A stretch of DNA of 64,000 bases from Eledone cirrhosa (Eukaryota), in contig OZ024742.1 in NCBI GenBank assembly GCA_964016885.1, forward strand, positions 35,526,001 to 35,590,000, read 5' to 3'. The position numbers and the translations under genes were made by a program. This document shows positions 14,150 to 25,596 of this stretch, in pieces; position 1 is the stretch's first letter, and every line of letters begins with the position of its first letter. The notes under the pieces were generated by a model. The model made no database searches, was not told the DNA's origin, and saw nothing but the letters and a program-made list of their open reading frames with translations.

Positions 14150-14552
14150 ATAATTTCTACTATAGGCACAAGGCCAGAAATGTGGGGGTGGGGATTAAAT
14201 CAACCTCAGTGCATTACTGGTACTTTCTTTTATCGACCCCGTAAGGATGAAAGGCATACTAACCTCGGTGGGATTTGAACTGAAAGGGTTATAATTCTTC
14301 TGCAAAGCAGAGTGTCCGGCGCTCTACCGATACTGACAATCCACCGGCTTCACAACCCATAATAATAATTTTTTCTACTTTTGGCACAAGGCTAGCAATT
14401 ATCCCAGTGTATTACTGGTACTTTATTTTATCGATCCCGTAAGGATGAAAGGCAAAGTTAACCTCGGCGGGATTTGAACTCAAACCATAAAGGGGCGTAA
14501 CTCTTTGCTGCAAAGCATGGCGTCTGACCCTCTACCGATACTGCCAATCCAC
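14150..14552 (-). mobile_element. Two tandem tRNA-derived Nin-domain SINEs (plus a partial copy 13515-13640)
   Basis: A-box-like GGATTGGCAGTATCGGTAGAG, B box GAGTTCAAATCCC, core GCCTTTCATCCTTACGGGGTCGATAAAA..GTACCAG, tail CCTTGTGCC..AGTAGAAA(ATT)n. Confidence 0.85.
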
Positions 14553-14557
14553 AACCA

Positions 14558-16003
14558 TCTACTTATATATATAACCAGCAATTTCTCTGTCTGTCTGTCC
14601 GACAGTGGAAACACGTGCGTAGAGAGAGAGTGAGAGTGAAAGAAAGAGACAGACTACGAGAGGGGGATAGCGGGAGGGAGAGAGGGAGAGAGAGAGAGTG
14701 AATAGACGCTAAAACACGTGCTACAGAAACATTACCTTCCCCTCTCCACTGACTTTGGTCATTGAGGCCGAGGGAATCGCGCTGAGCGCGTCATAATGAC
14801 GTAATGCAGACAGTCAGACATACAGACAGATATTATAAGGGCGCAACGTTATATCTATGTATCTATCTAAAAAGAAAGACTAAGAATTATATAGAGAGAA
14901 TGCTAAATCGCCTAATGCGGTCCCTAGGGTATTGAAAATTTGAAATAATTTTTGCTCAAAACACTCACAGGACCATAAGTATTACATGTCTAAAGTTTGA
15001 AAACAATCGGTTGGATGGTTCTCAAATTTTAGTGAGCTGACAGACAGACAGACATTCACTGTTTTAGATATATAGACTAGCAAAAAACCGCCCTCGGGGT
15101 GGTTTTTTGCTAGGCTATAAAACTGAGGATGTCTGTCTGTGTGTGTGTGAGTTTGAATCCCTAAAACTCGAGAACCACCCACCTGACAGTTTTCAAACTT
15201 TACACATGTAATACTTATGTTTCCAGAAGTGTTCTGAGCAAAAGAAATTTCAAATTTTCAATACCCTGGGACTGCATTAGGCGATTTAGCGATCACTCTC
15301 TATAGTTCTTAGTCTTTCTCTTTTTAGATAGATACATATATATAACCCTTATAATATCTGTCTGTATGCCTGGCTGTCTGCATTACGTCACTTCCCTGAG
15401 GATGTCTGTCTGTGTGTGTGTGTGTGTATGTGTTCGTGTGTGTGTGTGTGTGTGTCTGTGTCTGTGAGTTTGAATCCCTAAAACTCGAGAAGTACCCAAC
15501 CGATTTTTTTCAAACTTTACATGTGTATTACTTATGTTTCAGGGAGTGTTTCATTAGGTGAAAAACTGCGTTTTTTAAGCTTTTTAGGGTTTTTTTTAGG
15601 CGTTACGTCAGACCGATTTTTTTGAAATTGTAACTATGTATTAGTCAGTCTCTTCTTCATACCATGAGCATAGAAAATCCAACTTTTTTTATGGCTTAGG
15701 GCCCGCATTAAGTGAAAAACTTCTTTTTTTCAGGTTCTTGGGGCTTTTTGGAGGCGTTACGTCTAGCCGATTTTCCTGAAATTTCAAGGCACATAAACAA
15801 AATTCATTTTCTTGATCCCCTAGGTGAAAACCTGCATTTTCCCTGCTTCATCGAGGAAAATATTAAAGATTATCCAGCCATCAGAGTATTCGGTTTATTT
15901 TCTTTACATATTGTCCTGGCATGCAGTTTTTCCACGATTAGGTCTGTTGGCAGTCCGCGTTCCAAAATACCTTATCCCGTGCAACGCCGGGTACCACTGC
16001 TAG
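14558..16003 (+). mobile_element. Non-autonomous Helitron/Helentron-like composite element
   Basis: 5' TCTACTTATATATATAA + (TCTG)n; 3' GCAACGCCGGGTAC...CTAG; internal ~230-bp inverted repeats and hairpin 15077-15113. Confidence 0.6.
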
Positions 16004-16149
16004 TAATAATAATAAACTGTTAAAACTAACGATGCCTACCCTATCTGGTTAATACTCGGTAGTCATTGTATATAAAGCGAAGTTAAGGAAAAATGCAAAC
16101 AGTAATGATAATAATCTGGCAGAGTTAAATGTGATGTAGACATTATTAC

Positions 16150-16376
16150 CTCGATGTAATCCCAACATTTGTTGGCGTTCTCTGATTGGGCTTCTTCTAA
16201 TTCAAAGTGCCGGAAAGTTAACTTTACGCGACTTCCGGCGCTTAGTCTTATTCTCCACTCGCAGCGTTCATTGTCGGCATATGTTCCTCTTGTAAAATTG
16301 GGTGATTGTATGATTCCAGTCCAGTTCTTAAATACGAAACCGTTTGTTCCTGAACTGCAGGTAGATTTGACAGGGT
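16150..16376 (-). CDS. Exon 2 of CUB-domain protein (N-terminal half of CUB domain)
   Basis: cag|(D)PVKSTCSSGTNGFVFKNWTGIIQSPNFTRGTYADNERCEWRIRLSAGSRVKLTFRHFELEEAQSENANKCWDYIE|gtaat; joins 9925 in frame; not in the supplied ORF track. Confidence 0.9.
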
Positions 16377-16457
16377 CTGTGCGGATGAAAGAATATATAT
16401 ATGAATGTAGAGTAAATATATAAATAAGTGGCGAACAGAAAAGAGTAAAAAGGCAAA

Positions 16458-16538
<81 letters not shown>

Positions 16539-16645
16539 GTGTGTATGTGTGTGTGTGTGTGTGTGTTGTATTTCCGTAGAAAAGGTAAAGGAAAGAAGAG
16601 TGCTCTATGCATAGTACAGAGCTATTTAATTATACAATAAACAAC

Positions 16646-16684
<39 letters not shown>

Positions 16685-16747
16685 TTAGCGAGAATCGCAT
16701 TTCGGCGGGTAGAAAAGGCGAAACGAAACGCAAAAATCAGAAATAAT

Positions 16748-16925
16748 TGTGTCTACTTTTTGGCACAAGGCCAGCAATTACCCAGTGTATTACTGGTACT
16801 TTATTTTATCGACCCCCATAAGGATGAAAGGCAAAGTTAACCTCGGCGGGATTTGAACTCAGAATGGCAAGGGCCGTAACTCTATGCGTCCGACCCTCTA
16901 CCGATACTGCCAATCCACCACCCTA
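16748..16925 (-). mobile_element. Nin-type SINE nested in the unclassified repeat 16680-17100
   Basis: 16-bp TSD AAAAATCAGAAATAAT on both sides. Confidence 0.85.
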
Positions 16926-17098
16926 AAAAATCAGAAATAATGCTGGCAAGCGTTCCATAGTTAAAAAAAGCCAGAGCTAAACAATATGTTAAGATGCCAT
17001 ACAAAACTGAAATAGTGGTCAAGAAAGCATCAACCACCTAAGTCAAAAAGCAAATCAAGCTAAACAGGTCAAAACAAAATAAATGGTAAAAACACGGT

Positions 17099-17154
<56 letters not shown>

Positions 17155-17334
17155 TGTTATACTTTCAGAGGATCATGGTGCCAATAAAAACACACGCACC
17201 TATTGGTTTCCACTTCAATTTATTATAAACTTCCAGCATTTAAACTGACATTTATCCGGCCAGATTTCTCACACCTTTTTCAGTTCAAACTGGCCATAAC
17301 CGGCTTCTCATATTTATTTTAAGTTATTATTCTC

Positions 17335-17550
17335 AAGGCGTGTGGCTGAGTGGTTAAAGAATTGGATTCACAATCATGAGGTTGTGAGTTCGATTCCCGG
17401 ACCAGGCGATGCGTTATGTCCTTGAGCAAGACACTTTATTTCACATTGCTCCTTCTACCTGGAGTTGCGACCGATAGATAGTATTAGCAATTGGAAATAC
17501 CAATGGAAACATAGTTTACTCGGTCCGATTTGACGAAAGTCGATCGTTCC
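17335..17550 (+). mobile_element. Second tRNA-derived SINE family (CORE/V-like GTCCTTGAGCAAGACAC)
   Basis: TGGCTGAGTGGTTAA A box, GAGTTCGATTCC B box; close minus-strand copy at 51085-51295. Confidence 0.8.
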
Positions 17551-17888
17551 CTATTCTCAAAATTAATAATATCAAAATCTCGTAGATTCGTATTATGTGA
17601 GATAAGTGTTTACCGTGAAAATACAACAGTAAATATAGGGTAATGTAAATAATACAGAGTTAATAACTGGATGGTTTTTTATTTGTTTTTGTCAAAGCAT
17701 TTTAGTCACATATTTTGTGCGCGCCTCAGTGACTAATTTGCTATTTTGTGTCTCTCCTTTGTAGAAATCAATTGCGATATCTCTGGAGTCAAGCTAGAGA
17801 GGTAATACTGTAATGCATGGGCGGCTGCTAGTTTTCCCCAAACACACTTTCTAGGTGCAAAACCATGGTCATTCGTGATCGGAGAATG

Positions 17889-17968
<80 letters not shown>

Positions 17969-18117
17969 GGGGGGGGGGGGCATAGATACATACATATATG
18001 CATACATACACAGATATACGCAGACACAGAAGTATGTGTGTGTGCATACACACACATGCATACAAAAAACTCACCAAATAAATAAATATATATAAATGAA
18101 TAAGTTGTTGATTGATA

Positions 18118-18502
18118 TAATTGTTTCTACTTTTGGCACAAGACCAGCAATTATCCCAGTGTATTACTGGTACTTTATTTTATCGACCCCGTAAGGATGA
18201 AAGCAAAGTTAACCTCGGCGGGATTTGAACTCAGACCATAAAGGGCCGTAACTCTTTGCTGCAAAGCATGGCATCAGACCCTCTACCGATATTGCCAATC
18301 CACCACCCTTGATTGATATAATTGTTTCTACATTTGGCACAAGGCCAGCAAATACCAGTGTATTACTGGTACTTTATTTTATCGACCCCGTAAGGATGAA
18401 AGGCAAAGTTAACCTCGGTGGGATTTGAACTCAGAATGGCAAGGGCCGTAACTCTATGCGTCAAAGCATGGCGTCCGACCCTCTACCGATACTGCCAATC
18501 CA
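18118..18502 (-). mobile_element. Two tandem Nin-type SINEs
   Basis: Full consensus twice; TTGATTGATATA duplicated around the first copy. Confidence 0.85.
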
Positions 18503-19162
18503 ATAAAGACAGGAAAGAAGTAGAATAGAAAAATTGGTTAACAAACAGTCCCAACTCTTCTTCCTTTCATTGGTCTTTAACTCGTCATAGACTTTTTGGG
18601 AGGGAGAACCGTTATGGAATATGGCACGTCTCAGGCACATCAAGCATGGCGGAGCCTATCTCTCTCTAGGTCTAAATACAACAGATTTCTTCCAGAAAAA
18701 GAGATGAGAGAGTATGAAATAGAAAAAAACAAGAATGCCAATTATCGCAATATTGGCCCTAGTAATGAGGTGAAAGGCGAGAAATTGGCAGTCATTGAGG
18801 GTTGGATTAAATGCTTCAGTATTTGCTCCGGCTCTTTGCGCTCTGAGTTCAAATCCCGTCGGGGTCAACTTCACCTTTCGACATTTCAAGGATAATGAAA
18901 GAAGTACCACTCCATTAACGGTGGACTGGTGGTATTGTGAAAGAGTTTGACTTTGCGCTATCTGATCTGAGTCCAACTCCACCCCAACCCCTACCTTCTG
19001 CCAGAAGTAACCGACAGACAATGTCAGCAATAGAAAGAGCAATGATTCGATCTAATGAGCTGCATCTTTTCTTTTCATTTCGAGTGCAGAGAGCTGCAAC
19101 GAATACCGCAACATATTGTAGCCACCGTCCTAATGATCCTGCAAATTAGCCGCCTTAAGATA

Positions 19163-19348
19163 TAATTGTTTCTACTTTTAGCACAAGGCCAGCAATTATC
19201 CCAGTGTATTACTGATACTTTATATTATTGACCCCGTAAGGATGAAAGGCAAAGTTAACCTCGGTGGGATTTGAACTCAGACCATAAAGGACCGTAACTC
19301 TATGCGTCAAAGCATGGCGTCCGACCTTCTACCGATACTGCCAATCCA
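19163..19348 (-). mobile_element. Nin-type SINE
   Basis: Same consensus. Confidence 0.85.
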
Positions 19349-19580
19349 TGAAGCATAATCGAATTACATCTCAGAACATTGTAACGGCAGACATTACATG
19401 GGTTTATAATGAATGTCTGGGGAAAGACGAAATTTTTCATGATCATTTGCTTCCAGATCACGGGATGCTCACCTTACATTAACTTTGAAACAATTTTCCC
19501 AGCAATGCTGAGTTTAGTTTATACACAATTAATCGTATGAATAATTGGAGTATTCATTAAAATGAAATGTCTATAAGACA

Positions 19581-19648
<68 letters not shown>

Positions 19649-19682
19649 CACGTCATACGACACACAGGCACACAAATACACA

Positions 19683-19731
<49 letters not shown>

Positions 19732-20422
19732 CTCACACAAACACACGATGACGACAAAATGCTTACGAATATATATTCAGATACACTGAATTCAAATCCA
19801 ACTGAAATCCACTGTATCTTTCATCCTTACGGGATTGATAAATAAATTATTAATCAAGGACGGTGGAATGTCGTAATTCTTCCAAGTTTCTGAGATCAAA
19901 TCCCATTGTGATCTACTTGCCTGGTAGAGTTAATCCGTGACCGATTTAACACAATCATCTAACATGGGCCTTTTACTAGCTCTGACGGTCTATATTTTAT
20001 ATATGGTTTAGATCTATTACAGGTTTAGTGGTCTACATTTTACGTCCAGCCTGGTCCTATTACCTGCTTTGGGATCCTACATTTTACATTTAGTTTGGGC
20101 CTATTACCTGCTTTTGTGTCTCGGGGATGTGGATTTAAGTCTTGCCTCAGCCTATTAACGAGTTTAGGTAAATTACCAAATTTGGGGACCTCTATTTTAC
20201 ATCTGGCCTGAACAAATTATCAGATTGTGGTGGTGGTGGTTGTGGTGGTTGTGGTGGTTGTGGTGGTGAGACGTGCGCTACATTTCATCTGGTCTAGACT
20301 TATTTCTTGCTCTGGGAGTTTACATTTTAAATGAAGCCTAGGCTTATTACCAGCATCGCACAGACCTGATTGAATGCGTAGTAGTAGTAGTAGTGGTGGT
20401 GGTGGTGGTGGTGGTGGTGGTG

Positions 20423-20485
<63 letters not shown>

Positions 20486-20672
20486 ATGGCTGCTGTTATT
20501 AGACGCGGGCCTCGTTTTAGTAAAGAAAACACCAACCAGACAGATTTGACGTTGTTTTAAGTAGTTCATGGCTTCTATTTATCTGACCTTAGTTCAATGG
20601 ATTGCCGTTTGGTGGTGTCAGCTTGTCACTACTTTGAATGAATATGTGCGTGGATATATATATATGTATATA

Positions 20673-20752
<80 letters not shown>

Positions 20753-20804
20753 TTGTTTCGCGTTTGATTCATTCAACATGTGGCTAAGATGTGATATACG
20801 TGTG

Positions 20805-20915
<111 letters not shown>

Positions 20916-21195
20916 AACAAACAAACAAACAAAGAGAGAGAGAGAGTGTGTACGTGTGTGTTTGTGCGTGCGTGTATTTGCGTGAGTATGTGTGCTTGCA
21001 AATAAAGTAGTATGCCACCTTGTCGGCATGTGTATACTTACATATGTGACGAGGTAAAGAAAGAGAGTGAGAGTGAAAGAAAGAGAGTTACGTTTAGTCT
21101 TAAACTTGTTTCAGTCATTGGATTGCGGTCATGCTAGGGCTTTTATTTAACTATATCAACTCCAGAGTAAAATTCCTTTACAAGGTATAATATAC

Positions 21196-21233
<38 letters not shown>

Positions 21234-21397
21234 TAAATGAAATAATTATCTTATGTTGTTTATTACATAACTATATATATATATGTGTGTGTATGTGTGT
21301 GTGTTAAGTATTTCCGTAGAAAAGGTAAAGGAAAGAAGAGTGTTCTATGTATACTACAGAGCTACTTAATTATATAATAAACACAATATAATATAGA

Positions 21398-21471
21398 TAT
21401 TTCATCTGATGAACGAACTAGACGTTTCTGTTAGAATCGTCTAACTTCGTGAAACCTTGGGTAATGAAATA
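21398..21471 (+). ncRNA. Type I hammerhead ribozyme
   Basis: TATTTCAT-CTGATGA-ACGAACTAGACG..CGTCTAACTTCGT-GAAA-CCTTGGG-TA/ATGAAATA. Confidence 0.85.
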
Positions 21472-21509
21472 ATTATATTGTGTTGTTTATTATATTTAAA
21501 TATTAAAGT

Positions 21510-21945
21510 GGTAGAAAAGCCAGGAACTACCATAAAATCCCTGATCAGCAAAACATACCCCTTTAAGAAAACCCACTGTACTAATAAGAAATGTGTTATA
21601 TGTAAAATGAACCCCCCAGATAAACTGTAAAACTAGAGATGTAGTCTATAGCATAAGATATACAGAGGGTACTTGCAGAAACATGACAATGACATACATA
21701 GGTGAGACAGCTCGAAGCATAGGAGAAAGAATAGACTAGCACTGGGGGTAACTAAAAGGACAAAAAAACGGTTCAGTACTATACGAACACGCCAGACAAA
21801 GACATAACGGTAATATAGACAACATAGAAATTAAAAATTATATGTAAACATAGAAATGACTCAACAGGTAGGCAAATCAGAGAAGCAACTGAGATAGAAC
21901 TAAGAAAACCGAAGTTGAACAGAAAGACCGAATGGAATAACAACA
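21510..21945 (+). pseudogene. GIY-YIG endonuclease relic of a different PLE family
   Basis: HCTNKKCVIC..NCKTRDVVYSI..TYIGETARSIGERID*H..SVLYEHARQRH..RQIREATEI..PKLNRKTEW, with stops and a frameshift. Confidence 0.8.
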
Positions 21946-23213
21946 ACAACCACACCCAAACAAACAATACTGACTTAAGGGAAATATGAATAAATAAATA
22001 AATATATATATACACAAATACAATGACAACAAATACATATAAACACACACTAGCGAACAAAGGTAAAATACAAAAACACATACTTAAAAACACTGACTTA
22101 AGGGAAATATAAATAAATAAATAAATAAATATATAAATAAATAAATAAATAAATAAATAAATATATAAGTACAATAACAACAAACACATATAAACACACA
22201 CTAGTGAACAAAGATAGAATACGAAAACAAAAACACATACACTCAAATGCGAACACACACACCAAACATTACACTCAAACGCATGCGCTGAGACAGAGAC
22301 AAGAAGAAATAAATAAATTAATTAAAATAAAAATGGCATAGACATACAATACAATACAATACAATAGGAGGAAACATAATAGTACCACTGTTGATGTTGC
22401 AGATGTGAAACGAAAGAACTTTGATAGGCTACATATATTTATATCTGTATTTTTAACCGCTGGTCAATCAATGATAAACATTGATTGCCAAATAAATTAA
22501 CTATGGAAATATAAAAGATACAGAAGCGAAAACAAATCAAACAGTTAGTGTGTTATGTTATTATTTCTGCCAATATTACAACAATATGACCCTCCCCAAG
22601 TATAACAATATATATAAAGTTGTAGTTCCTGCCTGTTTCTTTGTTCACGAACTCCTCCTATGGTTTTAGAGATAGACCCCCATAACCACATATATTCTGA
22701 AACTACATTGCCCAGGGTACTTGGATAAGTAAATTTCATTTTAATCAAAGGGTTCCCCGGGTGCACAAACCCACGCTGAAAATCCCCGACGAAAATTGTT
22801 TCCCTTCGGTTTATATGAAATTTAAACCATAGCTAAATGACAAGATATGATGCCTATTCACAAAAGTTTTGAATTGATATTTTGAAAAGAATTATTTACA
22901 AGAGACAAAATAAGAATAAGATTTAATAATGTAATTTTGATTTGATATATTACAAAAATAATGTTTTCCAATTTTTCATGCATTACATTTTACATTGAGT
23001 AATATTGAAATGCAGAATTTTTCTCCATAAATTATATCACTGATTTAAAATCAATCATCATTTTCTTATAAAAAAGAATGTGTGAAACGCAGCAAGGGGC
23101 GGGTAATTCGGGTAGTATATATATATATATATATATATATATTTTTTTAAATTAGTCACTTATATATTATGAAATACTGTTGGCTTCATGCTCACAATAA
23201 TTTCTATACTTTC

Positions 23214-23258
<45 letters not shown>

Positions 23259-23294
23259 TCTTTCCTTTCCTTTCCTTTCGTATCATTCTGTGTG

Positions 23295-23344
<50 letters not shown>

Positions 23345-23380
23345 TGTATGTATGTATGTATGTATGTATGTATCTATGTC

Positions 23381-23990
23381 AGGTCACCAGTTGGTGCTAC
23401 TGGTAACATGTATCCCAGTACAACCTGTCTCATGGTCGGGTCGTTGGCGACTAAACTGGCAACCCCACCAAGGTTTCTTGGTGAGGAGGGTGACTTTGGA
23501 CATCCTGCAGGACTAAAAACAAAACCTGTCAAAGGGCAAAGGAGCTCTTAAGAGTCAATGGCCATCCAAAATCACCGGGAGAGATGACCCCTTAGCCTTT
23601 GTCAAGGCAGAATTCTAGGAGAAGGAAAACTCTGATATAACACCTGCAACCCTGATGGTATCCAATGATGTTGACTTGTTCTTCTTTTTGGTAAATATCA
23701 TCTTGGTTAAGAGAGTGGGACTGGCTTTGTGCAGTGCCTTTGCTCACTATAAAAGCTTCACGGCACAGGCATTGCTTTATATCTGGAGATCTCTCTGCAC
23801 TTGTCGTCACATGGTACCATGGGCCCAGCACTATGTGTCAATAATTGTCACAAGTGTAGTGTTTGTACCAGAGTTTTCAAGTCACTGGCTGAGACTAAAA
23901 AGTCACACTCGTTCAGCGCATCGGTAGGGGTTCTCCTACATGGATATAAAGTAGTGGCCGTACTCGAAAACGAGTTGGCAGTCACCATGT
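23381..23990 (+). mobile_element. Short non-autonomous RTE-like element with (ATGT)n tail
   Basis: Closely similar to 32980-33590; terminal C2H2 zinc finger frameshifted here; sits in (TATG)n. Confidence 0.65.
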
Positions 23991-24249
23991 ATCTATGTAT
24001 GTGTGTGTGTATGTATGCGTGTGTGCTTGTGTATATGTACATACTATTAAGTGACGTAGAAGTAAACATGCACAGCCGCCACGCATAAAATCGCACGCAG
24101 ACGCACACACACAAACACACACACACATATATATATACTTACACACATATATATGTGTGTGTCTGCTTGTGTCTGCTTTTCCTCCACTAAATGTCCCCAC
24201 ACAAGGCGTTAAACCAAGCTGTATTATACGTGATTCCAACCTTACTTAC

Positions 24250-24316
24250 CAATAGAGGATACCGTACTCCTTAAGAAGATGGCGGCAACAGATGTAATGA
24301 GGAAACACAGATTCAT
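24250..24316 (-). CDS. First coding exon (signal peptide) of CUB-domain protein; whole exon 24250-24346
   Basis: tttacag acceptor, MNLCFLITSVAAIFLRSTVSSI+G|gtaagt; phase 1 joins AC of the next exon to give Asp. Confidence 0.75.
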
Positions 24317-24432
24317 CTTTGTCAATGAGTTGATGGGATAAGGTGTCTGTAAATAGAAATAGTGAAACATTTATTTAGGTTACACATTTTAATTACAATG
24401 AAAAGATCAATACAAGTTACTGTTATCAATAA

Positions 24433-24612
24433 TAATTGTTTCTACTTTTGGCACAAGGCCAGCAATTAACCAGCGTATTACTGGTACTTTATTTTATCGA
24501 CTCCGTAAGGATGAAAGGCAAAGTTAACCTCGGTGGGATTTGAACTCGGACCGTAAAGGACCGTAACTCTATGCTGCAAAGCATGGCGTCCGACCCTCTA
24601 CCGATACTGCCG
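24433..24612 (-). mobile_element. Nin-type SINE
   Basis: Same consensus. Confidence 0.85.
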
Positions 24613-25021
24613 TATTGTATACAGTGCTCAGGTGCCCTACAACTCATCAAAGGTGTATGTATATTATATAGGACAATGTACAAATGTACATTTTATCGAC
24701 CTTGGAATGAGGAAAGCAAAATTGATATTAGTAGGATTTTGAACACAAATGTAAAGAGGCAGAACAAATCCCGAAATGGAATTTTATCTGACGCTCTACC
24801 AATTCTGCCAGTCCACCACTCTGTTATGTGGCAATATTAAAAATAACTCTCCTACCTTCATAAACAAAACAGCCCAGAAGCGGAGGGATAGTACTCATAA
24901 CATTTGCTCACGCCCTACCCTCAATATGTAATCCTCAATATATATATTGAGGATTACATTTAGAACACACGTATCTACGTAATTCACAGACATTTACATG
25001 TTAATACAATGGTGGTTCAGA

Positions 25022-25069
<48 letters not shown>

Positions 25070-25071
<2 letters not shown>

Positions 25072-25263
25072 CGAAGGAAATGTGGTAAGGAACCAGATTG
25101 ACCATAACGCACCAGAGTACTCAATACTTAGGGTAGTAGAGTAGGAAATAAGAAAAAGTATGACCCTGACGGCAGAGCTCAAGCCGTTTCGACGGCTATT
25201 TCTGGAGTCCAGAAATAGCCGCCGAAACGGCTTGAGCTCTGCCGTCGGGGTCATACTTTTTCC
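25070..25263 (-). mobile_element. Fold-back mini-element, (TA)n-bounded (family B)
   Basis: ~55-bp inverted arms 25152-25206/25208-25262 plus tail; copies at 30001, 60450, 61701. Confidence 0.8.
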
Positions 25264-25596
25264 TATATATATATATATATATATATACATGAGTCTACCT
25301 TGCCACATACTGTAGCACATAGATTCTATTGGAGAATTGCGGTAGGAATACACGTTTCTGTTAAATACTCAACCACTTACACTAACATTTAATACGCAAG
25401 TGATTCAATTGAACTAAAAACTTTAAAACTCAAGGCCCAAATCAAACGAGACCCGTTTAGGGAGGCCCCAGTAGGAAAGCCGTGGCAGAGTTCGAAACAT
25501 TGTATAAAGGATGGCACATAGAGTAGGATAAGTAATTAGACCGTTCGTTTGTTCAATGGTCTCTGGCTAATTTTAACTTCCACCTTCTTCTCAAAA

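Noticed and set aside
17335-17410. tRNA gene
   Set aside because: tRNA-like head continues into a SINE body; no complete cloverleaf
22545-22766. 73-aa non-repetitive minus-strand ORF as an extra host exon
   Set aside because: No recognisable domain or convincing splice pair; the flanking exons already join in phase
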